The notes under the pieces: model-generated
Databases searched by the model: none
Seen by the model: only the letters and a program-made list of their open reading frames with translations
What the model was told of the DNA's origin: nothing
NCBI GenBank assembly: GCA_003598025.1
Contig: QZKH01000006.1
Location: 44,035-108,034 of the forward strand
Length of the DNA: 64,000 nt
From: Candidatus Omnitrophota bacterium
Lineage (GTDB): Bacteria; Omnitrophota; Gorgyraeia; Gygaellales; Profunditerraquicolaceae
Direction: 5' to 3'
Translations under genes and position numbers: made by a program
Part shown: piece by piece, positions 9,697-20,223 of the stretch
How the letters are laid out: each line of letters starts with the position of its first letter
Numbering within the stretch: position 1 is the first letter of the stretch

Positions 9697-9739
9697 GGCG
9701 TTTTGGGGCTGGAAGTGTCACCCCGATACGCCTTTTTTT
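9697..9739 (+). terminator. Intrinsic-terminator-like hairpin + U-tract inside the pyrG leader (candidate attenuator).
   Basis: ggcgttttggggctggaagtgtcaccccgatacgcc followed by ttttttt. Stem arms GGCGT..GGGG / CCCC..ACGCC. Confidence 0.5.
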
Positions 9740-9788
9740 GTTGGTTCCCCAGGGAAAATATGCTTTAATCATTCAGATTAAAATAACT

Positions 9789-11393
9789 ATGGCAAAATTT
9801 ATTTTTATTACGGGTGGGGTTATTTCAAGCTTGGGCAAGGGAATAGCTTCAGCCTCAATAGGTAAAGTCCTTGAGTCAAGAGGGATAAAGGTTACCCTTA
9901 TGAAACTGGACCCATATATTAATGTTGACCCTGGCACGATGAACCCTTATCAGCATGGCGAAGTGTATGTTACAGAAGACGGCGCTGAAACAGATTTAGA
10001 CCTTGGGCATTACGAAAGATTTACGTCAGCAGCAATGACTAAATTCAACAATGCTACTACCGGACAGGTTTATAATGCGGTTATTTCCCGGGAAAGGCGC
10101 GGTGATTATCTGGGAAAAACTATTCAGGTAATACCTCATATCACTGATGAGATAAAGAGCCGTATCAAAAAAGTCGCTGAGGTTTCTAATGCTGAAGTAG
10201 TGATTGTTGAGATTGGCGGGACTGTAGGTGATATCGAGGGCCTGCCATTTTTGGAAGCAGTAAGGCAGTTCAGGCTGGATGTGGGCCAGGATAATGCACT
10301 CTACATTCATTTGACACTTGTCCCTTATATAAAATGCGCAGGTGAAATAAAAACCAAGCCTACCCAGCATAGCGTCGGTACGCTTCGCGAGATAGGAATA
10401 CAACCGGATATTTTGATCTGCCGCACAGAAAAACCGCTGAGCACTGAAGTAAAAGAAAAAATCTCTCTTTTCTGTAACGTAGCCAAAGAGGGCGTTATTG
10501 AGGCCCGGGATGTAGATTCTATATATGAGCTTCCCATCGTATTTAAAAACCAGATTTTGGATGAGATAATTTTGAGCCATTTTAAGCTTATCCGTAAATC
10601 CTCAGAGCTTAAAGACTGGGAAAAAAATGTCGTTGAGAGAGCATTAAACCCAAAGCGCAGAGTAACAGTAGCTATTGTAGGCAAATATATCGGCTTACAG
10701 GATGCTTATAAGTCAATATATGAAGCCTTAAACCACGCCGGTATTTATAATGATACAGCCGTAGATTTAAAGAAGGTGGATTCTGAAGAGCTATTATGCT
10801 GTGCGCCGGAGAAATTACTGGAGGGAGTAAGCGGCATATTGGTCCCCGGAGGCTTTGGCTCGCGGGGTGTAGAAGGTAAGATAAGGGCAATAAGGTATGC
10901 CAGAGAAAAACGAATCCCGTTCTTAGGGCTATGCTTGGGTATGCAGTGCGCGGTAATAGAATTTGCGCGTAATGTTGGTGGATTTAAAAAAGCTGATTCA
11001 ACGGAATTCCACCCTAATACGAAATACCCTGTAATCAGCCTTTTGGAAGAACAGAAAGGCATAAAGGAGATGGGTGGGACGATGCGTTTGGGTGCTTATC
11101 CCTGCCATATTAAAAATGGGACAAGGGCTTTACGCATTTATGGGAAAAATATGGTTACTGAAAGGCACAGGCATAGGTATGAGTTCAATAATAAGTACAG
11201 AAAACAGCTTGAAAAGAAAGGCCTGACCTTTTCAGGCATATATAAAAAGAAGAATTTAGTCGAAATAATAGAAATTAAAGACCATCCTTTTTTTGTAGCA
11301 GTACAATTCCATCCGGAATTTAAATCCAAGCCAGATTCTGCACATCCATTATTCAGGGATTTTATAGAGTCAGCCTTGGCTATGTCAGATTAA
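9789..11393 (+). CDS. pyrG: CTP synthase.
   Basis: N-terminal [25 protein letters not shown] is canonical. The GATase C-terminal domain has GLCLGMQ and the HRHRYE motif. Start placed at the ATG at 9789 rather than the upstream in-frame start at 9738. Confidence 0.95.
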   Translation: MAKFIFITGGVISSLGKGIASASIGKVLESRGIKVTLMKLDPYINVDPGTMNPYQHGEVYVTEDGAETDLDLGHYERFTSAAMTKFNNATTGQVYNAVISRERRGDYLGKTIQVIPHITDEIKSRIKKVAEVSNAEVVIVEIGGTVGDIEGLPFLEAVRQFRLDVGQDNALYIHLTLVPYIKCAGEIKTKPTQHSVGTLREIGIQPDILICRTEKPLSTEVKEKISLFCNVAKEGVIEARDVDSIYELPIVFKNQILDEIILSHFKLIRKSSELKDWEKNVVERALNPKRRVTVAIVGKYIGLQDAYKSIYEALNHAGIYNDTAVDLKKVDSEELLCCAPEKLLEGVSGILVPGGFGSRGVEGKIRAIRYAREKRIPFLGLCLGMQCAVIEFARNVGGFKKADSTEFHPNTKYPVISLLEEQKGIKEMGGTMRLGAYPCHIKNGTRALRIYGKNMVTERHRHRYEFNNKYRKQLEKKGLTFSGIYKKKNLVEIIEIKDHPFFVAVQFHPEFKSKPDSAHPLFRDFIESALAMSD

Positions 11394-11482
11394 TACCTGT
11401 TGATTAAAACCCGCATCTCCATAAAACTTTACAAAACCCCGGCCCTATAATATAATAGTGCAGTTTTAAAATAGGGGGCAAT

Positions 11483-13006
11483 ATGAAAAAAATAGGATTT
11501 GATAACGATAAATACCTTAAAGAGCAGACCGAAGCCATATTAAAAAGGGTAAATAAATTCGGGAGTAAGCTTTATCTGGAATTCGGCGGAAAACTCTGTT
11601 TTGATTATCACGCTGCAAGGGTCCTTCCCGGCTATGATCCAAACGTAAAACTCATGCTGCTTCAACAGCTTAAAGATAACGCGGATATTGTATTATGTAT
11701 TTATGCCGGGGATATAGAAAAGGGCCGCGTAAGAGGAGATTTCGGCATAACCTATGATGCCGCAACTTTTAAACTTATAGATGACCTGAGAAAGTGGGGC
11801 TTAGATATATTATCGGTTGTTATCACAAGGTATTCCAACCAACCCACAGCTGATATATTTAAAAATAAGCTGGAACGCAGAGGGGTAAAAGTTTACTTGC
11901 ATTATCCTATTCCGGGGTATCCGGCTGATGTAGATTTAATCGTTAGTGAAAATGGCCTGGGCAGAAATGATTATATCGAATCAAAAAAGCCGATTGTCGT
12001 AGTTACCGGACCTGGGCCGGGCAGCGGGAAACTGGCAACCTGCCTATCTCAATTATATCAAGAGCATAGAAAAGGCATCAGCGCAGGTTACGCTAAATTC
12101 GAGACTTTCCCCATTTGGAACCTGCCGCTTAAGCACGCCGTAAATGTTGCTTATGAGGCAGCGACCGCGGATATACAGGATTTTAATCTGGTCGATCCTT
12201 TCCACCTCAGTATTTATAAGGAAGCCGCCATAAATTATAATCGTGACGTTGAAAGCTTCCCGATATTGAAACTGATATTGAACAAGATATTAGATAAGGC
12301 GATAGATACCCCGATGTATAATTCCCCTACTGATATGGGCGTTAATCGCGCAGGGTTCGGGATTATAGACGATCAAGTGGTGCAGGAGGCAGCTAAGCAG
12401 GAATTAATACGCAGGTATTTCAGATACAACGCAGAATATGTTTTGGGAATAGAGAAAAAAGAAACGGTAAACAGGGTGTCGCTTCTTCTGGAAGAGTTGG
12501 GGGTTAAGCTTACTGATAGAGCCGTTGTTGAGGCTTCGCGGAGGGCATCGGAAGAAGCCGAAGCAAAAGGCAAAGGTAACAACGGGATTTTCTGCGGCGC
12601 GGCAATAGAGCTGGATGACGGCAGGATTATAACTGGCAAGAGCTCCAGGCTTATGAATGCTTCAGGAAGCCTTGTTTTAAATGCGGTAAAGGCTTTAGCA
12701 AGTATCCCTGATGAGATATTATTGCTTTCACCACACATTATCAAACAGATTTCTATTTTAAAAGAAAGCTGTTTAAAGATAGAGCCGGACCCGTTAGATC
12801 TGGAGGAGATATTAATAGCTTTATCAATAAGCGCGACTACTAATCATACAGCCGAAATAGCTATGAAGAAATTAAGCGAATTAAGAAATACGGAGGTACA
12901 TTTGACGCATATGCCTTCTCCCGGGGATGAGGTAGGGCTTAAAAGGCTTGGCGTGAACATGACTACCGACGGAAATTTTTCTTCGAGGAATTTATTTGTG
13001 AGTTGA
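11483..13006 (+). CDS. DUF1846 (UPF0371) family protein, function unknown.
   Basis: 507-aa ORF whose N-terminus ([23 protein letters not shown]..) and length match my recollection of the UPF0371 family. Sits between pyrG and carA. Confidence 0.55.
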   Translation: MKKIGFDNDKYLKEQTEAILKRVNKFGSKLYLEFGGKLCFDYHAARVLPGYDPNVKLMLLQQLKDNADIVLCIYAGDIEKGRVRGDFGITYDAATFKLIDDLRKWGLDILSVVITRYSNQPTADIFKNKLERRGVKVYLHYPIPGYPADVDLIVSENGLGRNDYIESKKPIVVVTGPGPGSGKLATCLSQLYQEHRKGISAGYAKFETFPIWNLPLKHAVNVAYEAATADIQDFNLVDPFHLSIYKEAAINYNRDVESFPILKLILNKILDKAIDTPMYNSPTDMGVNRAGFGIIDDQVVQEAAKQELIRRYFRYNAEYVLGIEKKETVNRVSLLLEELGVKLTDRAVVEASRRASEEAEAKGKGNNGIFCGAAIELDDGRIITGKSSRLMNASGSLVLNAVKALASIPDEILLLSPHIIKQISILKESCLKIEPDPLDLEEILIALSISATTNHTAEIAMKKLSELRNTEVHLTHMPSPGDEVGLKRLGVNMTTDGNFSSRNLFVS

Positions 13007-13008
13007 TT

Positions 13009-14109
13009 ATGAGCACAGCTATATTAGCATTAGAGGACGGGAAAGTTTTTAAGGGTATTTCTTTCGGAGCAACGGGAGAAACCTATGGTGAGGTTGTATT
13101 TAATACCAGCATGAGCGGCTACCAGGAGATATTGACTGACCCTTCCTATAAAGGTCAGATAGTCGCAATGACCTATCCTTTAATCGGCAATTATGGTGTT
13201 AACAAAGAAGATGTAGAATCACGCAGGCCATTTGTGGAAGGGTTTGTTGTCAGAGAGGTAAGTAAGATATCCAGTAATTGGAGAGCAGAAGAATCTCTGG
13301 ATAGCTATCTTAACAGAAATAAAATATTGGGTATTGAGGGCATTGATACAAGAGAATTGACTTTGCACATAAGGGAGAAAGGCGAGCTCAAAGCCGTTAT
13401 ATCTACTTTAGACCTGGATGAGAGAAACCTTGTAAATAAAGCAAAAGATTCTTTGGGCTTGATAGGAAGGGATTTAGTTAAGGATGTAATAGGCGATGAT
13501 ACTTATGTATGGAATAAAAATGGTAAGTTAAAAATAGCTGTTTTAGATTGCGGGGTCAAGCTGAACATACTCAGGATTTTGGCAAATCACGGCTGCAGTG
13601 TTATGGTCGTACCTGCATCTTTGCCCGCAGATAAGATACTGGCTTTGGGGCCCGATGGGATATTGTTATCCAACGGGCCAGGAGACCCTGCGGCATTACC
13701 GTATGTTGTTGATACCACGAGGGAACTTATCGGTAAGCTGCCAATTTTCGGTATTTGCCTGGGCCATCAGATCCTCGGGCAGGCATTAGGCGGCAAGACA
13801 TTTAAGCTTAAATTCGGCCATCACGGCGCAAACCACCCGGTAAAAGACCTAAGGACAAAAAAAGTGGCAATAACCGTGCAGAATCATGGTTTTTGCGTAG
13901 ATATAGATACTTTGAATAAGAAAGAAATAGAACTGACCCATATCAATCTTAACGATAATACTTTGGAAGGCATGAAGCATAAGAAGCTGCCTTTGTTCTC
14001 CGTACAGTTCCATCCTGAAGCTTCCCCGGGACCGCATGATGCCAGTTATTTATTCAATGATTTTGTGGACTCAGTTAAGACAGCCAAAAAGAGACGTTCA
14101 AAGAAATAA
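13009..14109 (+). CDS. carA: Carbamoyl-phosphate synthase small (glutaminase) subunit.
   Basis: [11 protein letters not shown]...[12 protein letters not shown]-terminus. Class I GATase motifs GICLGHQ and HGANHPV near the C-terminus. ATG at 13009 chosen over TTG at 13003. Confidence 0.9.
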   Translation: MSTAILALEDGKVFKGISFGATGETYGEVVFNTSMSGYQEILTDPSYKGQIVAMTYPLIGNYGVNKEDVESRRPFVEGFVVREVSKISSNWRAEESLDSYLNRNKILGIEGIDTRELTLHIREKGELKAVISTLDLDERNLVNKAKDSLGLIGRDLVKDVIGDDTYVWNKNGKLKIAVLDCGVKLNILRILANHGCSVMVVPASLPADKILALGPDGILLSNGPGDPAALPYVVDTTRELIGKLPIFGICLGHQILGQALGGKTFKLKFGHHGANHPVKDLRTKKVAITVQNHGFCVDIDTLNKKEIELTHINLNDNTLEGMKHKKLPLFSVQFHPEASPGPHDASYLFNDFVDSVKTAKKRRSKK

Positions 14110-14118
14110 CATTGACCG

Positions 14119-15780
14119 ATGCCTAAAAGAAAAGATATAAAGAAAATACTGATTATAGGCTCCGGGCCTATCGTAATCGGCCAGGCATGTGAATTTGATT
14201 ATTCGGGCAGCCAGGCATGCAAAGTGTTAAGGCAGGATGGTTTTAAAGTCGTACTGATAAATTCTAATCCTGCAACTATAATGACTGACCCTCAGCTTGC
14301 CGATAGCACTTATATCGAGCCGATAACAACAGCTTCTTTGGAAAAGATTATTGCCAAAGAAAAACCTGATGCTCTTCTGCCGACTCTGGGAGGCCAGACC
14401 GCTTTAAATGCAGCCGTAGCCTTGCATGAGAAGGGGATACTAAACAAATATAAAGTTGAAGTTATAGGCGCCGATATCAGGGCGATAAGAAAAGGCGAGG
14501 ACAGGAAGCTTTTTAAGGAGGCCATGAAAAAGATAGGGCTGGACCTGCCGAGAAGCGGACAGGCCTACAGCCTTAAAGAAGCTAATAAAGTTGTAAAGGA
14601 TATAGGTTTTCCTGTTATCATCAGGCCTAGTTTTACACTCGGTGGCACAGGGGGAAGTGTAGCTTTTAATATTGAAGAATTCCAGGAAATGGCAAAGAGC
14701 GGACTCGAATCTAGCTTGATCAGTGAGATCTTGATTGAGGAATCTGTTGTGGGATGGAAAGAATATGAGTTGGAGGTTATGAGGGACTCAAAAGACAATG
14801 TGGTAGTAATATGTTCTATTGAGAACCTTGACCCTATGGGTGTACATACGGGCGACAGCATTACCGTTGCCCCGATCCAGACATTAACGGATAAAGAATA
14901 CCAAAAGATGCGTGATGCTGCTATTGCTTGTATAAGGGAGATAGGAGTATCAACAGGCGGTTCCAATATACAATTCGCAGTGAACCCGCAAAATGGCAGG
15001 ATGGTTGTGATTGAAATGAATCCCCGTGTATCAAGGAGTTCAGCCTTGGCATCTAAAGCCACAGGTTTTCCAATAGCAAAAATAGCTGCAAAGCTGGCGG
15101 TTGGGTATGCCCTGGATGAGATCGCCAATGATATTACAAAAGAAACTCCGGCTTGTTTTGAGCCGACGATAGATTATTGTGTTGTAAAGGTGCCGCGTTT
15201 CACATTTGAAAAATTCCCTTCTTCTGATGCCTCCTTAACGGTGTCTATGAAATCCGTCGGCGAAGCGATGTCGATAGGCAGGACTTTTAAAGAAGCATTG
15301 CAGAAAGGCCTGCGTTCCTTAGAGATAAAAAAATACGGCTTAGAGACGATTGTTTTTAAAAAGCCTCAAGAGGCGTCCGCAGATAATGGTATTATGGACT
15401 TAATAAACAGCAAGCTTATGACCCCCAATGCTGAAAGGATATTTTATATCGGCGATGCTTTGAGAATTGGCATAAGCATTGACAGGATCTTTGAGCTCAC
15501 AAGAATTGACAGATGGTTTTTGCAGAATATAAAAGAAATCATAGATTTAGAAAAACAAATAATAAGCAGTAAAGATAGCATCACAGAGGAATTAATGCTG
15601 GCGGCAAAGCAATTCGGCTTCAGCGATAGGCAGTTAGCGGTTCTTTTAGGCAAGAGGGAAGACGAAATCAAGCAGCTGCGTTCTTCATTGGGTATAGGGC
15701 CTTCTTTTAAGCTTGTGGATACATGTGCTGCCGAATTCAAAGCGTTTACCCCTTACTATTATTCTTCTTATGATAAGTAA
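14119..15780 (+). CDS. carB: Carbamoyl-phosphate synthase large subunit, N-terminal half only (carboxyphosphate plus oligomerisation domains). This is a split carB.
   Basis: [27 protein letters not shown]-terminus. The ORF terminates (..YYSSYDK) at the point where single-chain CarB continues into the second synthetase domain. The next gene is unrelated. Confidence 0.85.
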   Translation: MPKRKDIKKILIIGSGPIVIGQACEFDYSGSQACKVLRQDGFKVVLINSNPATIMTDPQLADSTYIEPITTASLEKIIAKEKPDALLPTLGGQTALNAAVALHEKGILNKYKVEVIGADIRAIRKGEDRKLFKEAMKKIGLDLPRSGQAYSLKEANKVVKDIGFPVIIRPSFTLGGTGGSVAFNIEEFQEMAKSGLESSLISEILIEESVVGWKEYELEVMRDSKDNVVVICSIENLDPMGVHTGDSITVAPIQTLTDKEYQKMRDAAIACIREIGVSTGGSNIQFAVNPQNGRMVVIEMNPRVSRSSALASKATGFPIAKIAAKLAVGYALDEIANDITKETPACFEPTIDYCVVKVPRFTFEKFPSSDASLTVSMKSVGEAMSIGRTFKEALQKGLRSLEIKKYGLETIVFKKPQEASADNGIMDLINSKLMTPNAERIFYIGDALRIGISIDRIFELTRIDRWFLQNIKEIIDLEKQIISSKDSITEELMLAAKQFGFSDRQLAVLLGKREDEIKQLRSSLGIGPSFKLVDTCAAEFKAFTPYYYSSYDK

Positions 15781-15856
15781 TGAGTTTAGTTGAAACAGGG
15801 TGTTTTTTATATAGATTATAGTTGAATCAGCGCTGATAACAGGGAGAAAGTATACG

Positions 15857-17248
15857 ATGGCCGTAAGCATAAGATTCTTAGGCGGGGTAAGGACCGTTAC
15901 CGGTTCAAGCCATCTTGTTTCTACGAATAAGTCCGAGGTTTTGCTTGATGCCGGACTTTTTCATGGCCATAGAGATGAGTTTTACGAAGTAAATTCTACT
16001 ATAAATTATAATCCGCGTAAATTAGATGCCCTGATATTGTCGCATGCCCATATAGATCATTGCGGCAATATCCCAAATGTCATAAAAAGGGGGCTGCGTT
16101 GCAAGATATACAGTACCGCAGCGACTAAAGACCTGGCTAAGCTTATGCTGGAAGATTCGGGTAAGATACAGGAAGAAGATATTAGATACGTAAACAAGAT
16201 AAACCGCAGGTTGAACCTTCCTCTTAGGAGGCCGCTTTACAATGAAAAAGAGGCTGCAGCCGCCACAAAAAAATTCAGGTCCATATCTTATGGCCAGAGG
16301 TTTTGTATTGCTAAAGATATGTTTGTAACTCTTCTGGATGCCGGGCATATCCTTGGCTCAAGCATTATAATACTGGATATCAAGGATTATACCCGTAATA
16401 TACGGCTGGGATATGCGGTTGACTTGGGCAGGAAGGGGCTGCCGTTGATTAACGATCCGGTGATACCCGAGAAATTAGATTATCTTATTATTGAGAGTAC
16501 GTATGGAGGCAGAACGCATGCGCCGATAGAGGATGCAAAACATAAATTGAGGGATGTAGTCAATAACACCGTAGAAAGAAGAGGTAAGATTTTAATTCCG
16601 TCATTTACTTTGGAACGTACGCAGGAAATCTTATTTTTCTTAAATGAGTTAATTCAAGAAAAAGCAATACCATCTATCCCTATTTATGTGGATAGCCCCC
16701 TAGCCACAGATATTACGGATCTGTTTAAATTTCATCAGTCTTTTTTGAATGAGGATACCCGCCAGATTATAAAAGGAGGAAGGAGCCCTTTTGAATTCGT
16801 GAGCCTGCGTTATATACGCGATCAAAGGGAATCCAAGAACCTCAACAACGATAAGCGGCCGATGATTATAATAGCCGGAAGCGGGATGTGCGAATCAGGC
16901 AGGATACTGCATCATCTAAAGAATAATATTGAGGATTCACGCAATACTATCCTTGTTGTCGGTTATATGGCTAAAGATACGTTGGGTAAGAGGATAGTTG
17001 ATCAGTATCCTTTTGTCAGGATATTCGGCGTAGAGTATGAGCTTAACGCCGAAGTGGCAGTAATAAACTCATTCTCTGCCCATGCTGATCAAAACGACCT
17101 TTTTGGTTTTATATCTGCCTGTCTTCCTTTAAAGGAGGTTTTTCTTGTACATGGAGACCTCGAGCAATCAGAAAAAATGATGAATAAGCTTAATCAGGCG
17201 GGGATAAACGCCTCGATGCCTTTAAAGAACCAGGAGATAAGGATCTAA
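15857..17248 (+). CDS. Metallo-beta-lactamase fold / beta-CASP ribonuclease (RNA-metabolising MBL family).
   Basis: HAHIDHCGNIP (HxHxDH) motif. C-terminal beta-CASP-like region with SAHAD motif. RBS AGGGAGAAAG upstream. Confidence 0.75.
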   Translation: MAVSIRFLGGVRTVTGSSHLVSTNKSEVLLDAGLFHGHRDEFYEVNSTINYNPRKLDALILSHAHIDHCGNIPNVIKRGLRCKIYSTAATKDLAKLMLEDSGKIQEEDIRYVNKINRRLNLPLRRPLYNEKEAAAATKKFRSISYGQRFCIAKDMFVTLLDAGHILGSSIIILDIKDYTRNIRLGYAVDLGRKGLPLINDPVIPEKLDYLIIESTYGGRTHAPIEDAKHKLRDVVNNTVERRGKILIPSFTLERTQEILFFLNELIQEKAIPSIPIYVDSPLATDITDLFKFHQSFLNEDTRQIIKGGRSPFEFVSLRYIRDQRESKNLNNDKRPMIIIAGSGMCESGRILHHLKNNIEDSRNTILVVGYMAKDTLGKRIVDQYPFVRIFGVEYELNAEVAVINSFSAHADQNDLFGFISACLPLKEVFLVHGDLEQSEKMMNKLNQAGINASMPLKNQEIRI

Positions 17249-17266
17249 AAGGCGGGAACCTTTTTG

Positions 17267-17296
17267 TTGCAAAGCGGTCATAAATTGTGTTAATAT
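17267..17296 (+). promoter_or_regulatory. Candidate promoter (TTGCAA-18-TAATAT) for rpmA.
   Basis: ttgttgcaaagcggtcataaattgtgttaatatc, approx 100 nt upstream of rpmA. No rplU is present upstream. Confidence 0.35.
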
Positions 17297-17394
17297 CTAT
17301 TCCTCTGCCTTAAATGGGCAGGAGCATGATTAAATAATATTTATGTAATCGGCCATTGTTTGTTTAAAAGGGAGATCATTAAAAGGAGGATTCA

Positions 17395-17625
17395 ATGATA
17401 GGGGGTTTTTCCACACCGAAGAAAGATAAAAAACTTAAAGTTTCATCTGGTATGCCGGTAAAAGCCGGACAGATCCTTTCGCGCGGGGTTAGTACCTATA
17501 AACCCGGAGAAAATGTAGGCGGGTCAGATACTATATATGCGCTTGTCCCTGGCACTGTATTCTTTTCAAAGAAGAAAACAACCAGCGGCAAAGTCCGCAC
17601 CTTCATTAACGTTAAAAAGAAATAA
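17395..17625 (+). CDS. rpmA: 50S ribosomal protein L27.
   Basis: 76-aa basic protein; KAGQILSRG..PGENVG..DTI.AL.PG.V.F matches the L27 consensus. Strong RBS AAAGGAGGA 6 nt upstream. Confidence 0.8.
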   Translation: MIGGFSTPKKDKKLKVSSGMPVKAGQILSRGVSTYKPGENVGGSDTIYALVPGTVFFSKKKTTSGKVRTFINVKKK

Positions 17626-17634
17626 TATCCTTAA

Positions 17635-18744
17635 GTGCCTGAAGCCAGGAAGTATTCTAATATAAAATATGCCTTAGCTATAATAGATACTTTTTATGCT
17701 CTTGGGCTCATTTTTATTTTCCTATACAGCGGACTATCTAAAGAATCAGTTTTATTTCTTTCGTCTAAAATAGGACAGGCATTTATCCTGCCGGTCTATA
17801 TTCTGGCCATTTATTCCGGATATTTTCTGTTTACCTTTCCTCTTAATTTCTACGGTTCATTTGTGGTTGAACATAAGTTTTCTCTTTCCACACAGAGTTT
17901 CTTTTCGTGGATTTCAGATCAAATTAAATCGGGGTTATTGATGTATGTATTAAGCCTGGGGCTATTTTTCCTGATGTATATAATCCTGGAAAAGAGCCAG
18001 GATTTATGGTGGTTATGGGTATCTCTGATCTGGCTGTTTTTTTCTGTCATATTGGCAAGGCTAATGCCTGTAGTCGTAATCCCCATGTTTTTTAAATATA
18101 GAGAACTCGCTGATCAGGGGTTAAAGTCCAGGATAATGGATCTTGCCGTTAAGATGAATATCAGGCTTTTGGATGTCTTTGAGATCGATTTTAGCAGAAA
18201 AACACTAAAGGCCAATGCTGCTTTTGTCGGCATGGGCAAGACTAAGAGGGTAATATTGGCCGATACCCTGAAAGACAAATATACACACCAAGAGATAGAG
18301 GTAATACTTGCCCATGAATTCGCGCACTACAGGTCAAGGCATCTGCTAAAACTTATAATTTTGAACTCCATAGTTACGTTATTGACATTCTATTTTATAT
18401 ACCTTAGCAGCAGCCAGGTTTTACTGTTCTTTGGGATCGATTCTTTGTCCAGGATTTACTCTCTACCTGTGATAATAGGATATTTTATAATTTTGGGCTT
18501 GGTGTTACAGCCAATTTCTAACGCCATCAGCAGGAAATTTGAAAGAGAGGCTGATAAGATAGCTATTGATATCACCGGGTTAAAAAAGCCTTTTATAAGC
18601 ATGATGGATAAACTGGCTAAACAGAACCTGGCTGATGTTAAACCCAGCTTCCTCATAAAAATGATATTCTTTGATCATCCTCCTGTTTCCGAGCGCATTG
18701 AAATGGCAGAGCGCTATCAACAGAAAGGCACCGGGAATGAATAA
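17635..18744 (+). CDS. M48 family zinc metallopeptidase (Ste24/HtpX-like) with an N-terminal multi-TM region.
   Basis: HEFAHY (HExxH) motif in the C-terminal half and several hydrophobic helices at the N-terminus. GTG start at 17635. Confidence 0.7.
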   Translation: MPEARKYSNIKYALAIIDTFYALGLIFIFLYSGLSKESVLFLSSKIGQAFILPVYILAIYSGYFLFTFPLNFYGSFVVEHKFSLSTQSFFSWISDQIKSGLLMYVLSLGLFFLMYIILEKSQDLWWLWVSLIWLFFSVILARLMPVVVIPMFFKYRELADQGLKSRIMDLAVKMNIRLLDVFEIDFSRKTLKANAAFVGMGKTKRVILADTLKDKYTHQEIEVILAHEFAHYRSRHLLKLIILNSIVTLLTFYFIYLSSSQVLLFFGIDSLSRIYSLPVIIGYFIILGLVLQPISNAISRKFEREADKIAIDITGLKKPFISMMDKLAKQNLADVKPSFLIKMIFFDHPPVSERIEMAERYQQKGTGNE

Positions 18745-18988
18745 GAACATATTGATTGTCTCAATAAAGCATAGAAATAGGACTGCAGGATTATTTCAGA
18801 AGTCACTCACAAAATGGGGCTGCCTGATAAAGACCAGGATCGGCATACATGATGCGGTATTAGATAAATGTTCCGACAGGGGTTTGATTATACTGGAACT
18901 GGTCGGCAAAAAGCAGGATGCCTTAAAGATGTACAGCGAAATCAGGAAGATAAAAGATTTAAAAGTAAAATTAGTATCTATCAGCTGA
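18737..18988 (+). CDS. Small (83 aa) truncated pseudo-receiver-like protein, translationally coupled to the M48 peptidase.
   Basis: The ATG overlaps the stop of the upstream gene (ATGA arrangement). Sequence NILIVS...GLIILEL...KQDALKMYSEIRKI resembles beta1-alpha3 of a CheY-like receiver with Asp replaced by Ser/Glu. Weak overall. Confidence 0.35.
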   Translation: MNKNILIVSIKHRNRTAGLFQKSLTKWGCLIKTRIGIHDAVLDKCSDRGLIILELVGKKQDALKMYSEIRKIKDLKVKLVSIS

Positions 18989-18989
18989 A

Positions 18990-20210
18990 TTAAAGCTTGA
19001 GGTTTTTAAATAACGGTATCGCCTGTTTTACGACTAGCGGATCAAATTGCGTCCCTGAGCGTTTTTCCATTTCTTTACAGGCAGCCAGCGGAGTCAGTGG
19101 CCTGCGGTACGGCCTGTTAGATGTCATGGCATCAAAGGCGTCGCATACTGCAAGTATCCTTGCCCCCAGAGGTATTTTCTCTCCTTTTAACCCGAGCGGA
19201 TAACCTTTGCCGTCAAAGCGCTCGTGATGAGAAGAAGCTATCAATGCTATCTCCTTCAAAGTTGACATCATGTTAAGTATTTGATTGGTAAGGCTTGCAT
19301 GGGTTTTTACTTTTATAAATTCTTTTGGCGTTAATTTTGAAGGTTTATCTAATATTTGCCTGGATAGGCTTATTTTACCTATATCATGGATCAGCCCTGA
19401 CCATTTAATTTTTGTAATATAATCATGGTCCAGGTCAAAAGCCAGGGCAATACCCATCGCATACCTGGAAACCCTTAGCGAGTGCCCGGAAGTATAAGGA
19501 TGTTTCATATCGATTATCTGTGCGATGGCTTCTAAAGCTGTGCCTATGGCGTCGACCCTGCTGGGGATCTTGATGAATCCGGCCTTTTCTTTGGTATCCT
19601 GGAATATCAAAGGTATGTTTGAAGAGGATAATAATTTACGATAAAAATTACCTTTTGAAAGCACCTGCCTCGCTTTTGAGAACAAATCGTAAGAATATTC
19701 CTTATTGACGTTTGTAGAAAGATGTTTTAAGAGAGGGCCCATTTCCTTAAACCTTCCTGTCTGTATAGCAATATCTATAGAATCAGCAATCCGGATTATC
19801 TTAGAGCCAATGGGTATAAATTTATTTGTTTTACCGCGCGGGTATCCATGTCCGTTAACCCATTCGTGATGGTCAAGTATCAATTTGGCAACAGGGGTCA
19901 TTTGGGGTATATTGGATACGAGCTGCGCCCCCAGTATGGGATGAGAAAACAGGATGTTTTGACTTTCTTTGTCTTTTTTCTTAAGATAATGCAGAATATT
20001 GTAAGGGAATCCGGCTCCACCTATATCATGCAGGACAGCCGCATAAAATATGCGTCGTAATTCTCTCTGTGACACCAGTTTTTCTGCTATTTTACATGAG
20101 AGTATGGCTACTCTCCAGGTATGATACGACTTTTTCTTTTCATCGATGTCGGTAATATAAGCCAGTACGGTAATGAGTTCGTTGATAGTTTTAGTAGGGT
20201 TTATCTTCAT
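18990..20210 (-). CDS. Protein with two tandem HD-GYP domains.
   Basis: First copy HDIGGAG...HHEWVNGHGYPRG; second copy HDIGKIS...HHERFDGKGYPLG. 406 aa. Confidence 0.75.
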   Translation of the reverse strand: MKINPTKTINELITVLAYITDIDEKKKSYHTWRVAILSCKIAEKLVSQRELRRIFYAAVLHDIGGAGFPYNILHYLKKKDKESQNILFSHPILGAQLVSNIPQMTPVAKLILDHHEWVNGHGYPRGKTNKFIPIGSKIIRIADSIDIAIQTGRFKEMGPLLKHLSTNVNKEYSYDLFSKARQVLSKGNFYRKLLSSSNIPLIFQDTKEKAGFIKIPSRVDAIGTALEAIAQIIDMKHPYTSGHSLRVSRYAMGIALAFDLDHDYITKIKWSGLIHDIGKISLSRQILDKPSKLTPKEFIKVKTHASLTNQILNMMSTLKEIALIASSHHERFDGKGYPLGLKGEKIPLGARILAVCDAFDAMTSNRPYRRPLTPLAACKEMEKRSGTQFDPLVVKQAIPLFKNLKL

Positions 20211-20223
20211 AGGTTTATCAAAA

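Noticed and set aside
9738-9788. Upstream in-frame starts annotated for pyrG (9738), frr (26725), pfkA (34902), cutA (51292), the ferritin-like gene (59784), porG (56886) and the small ORF (18671).
   Set aside because: The N-terminal extensions lack homology support, and in several cases the downstream ATG has a clear AAGGAG/GGAGG RBS. The downstream starts are preferred.
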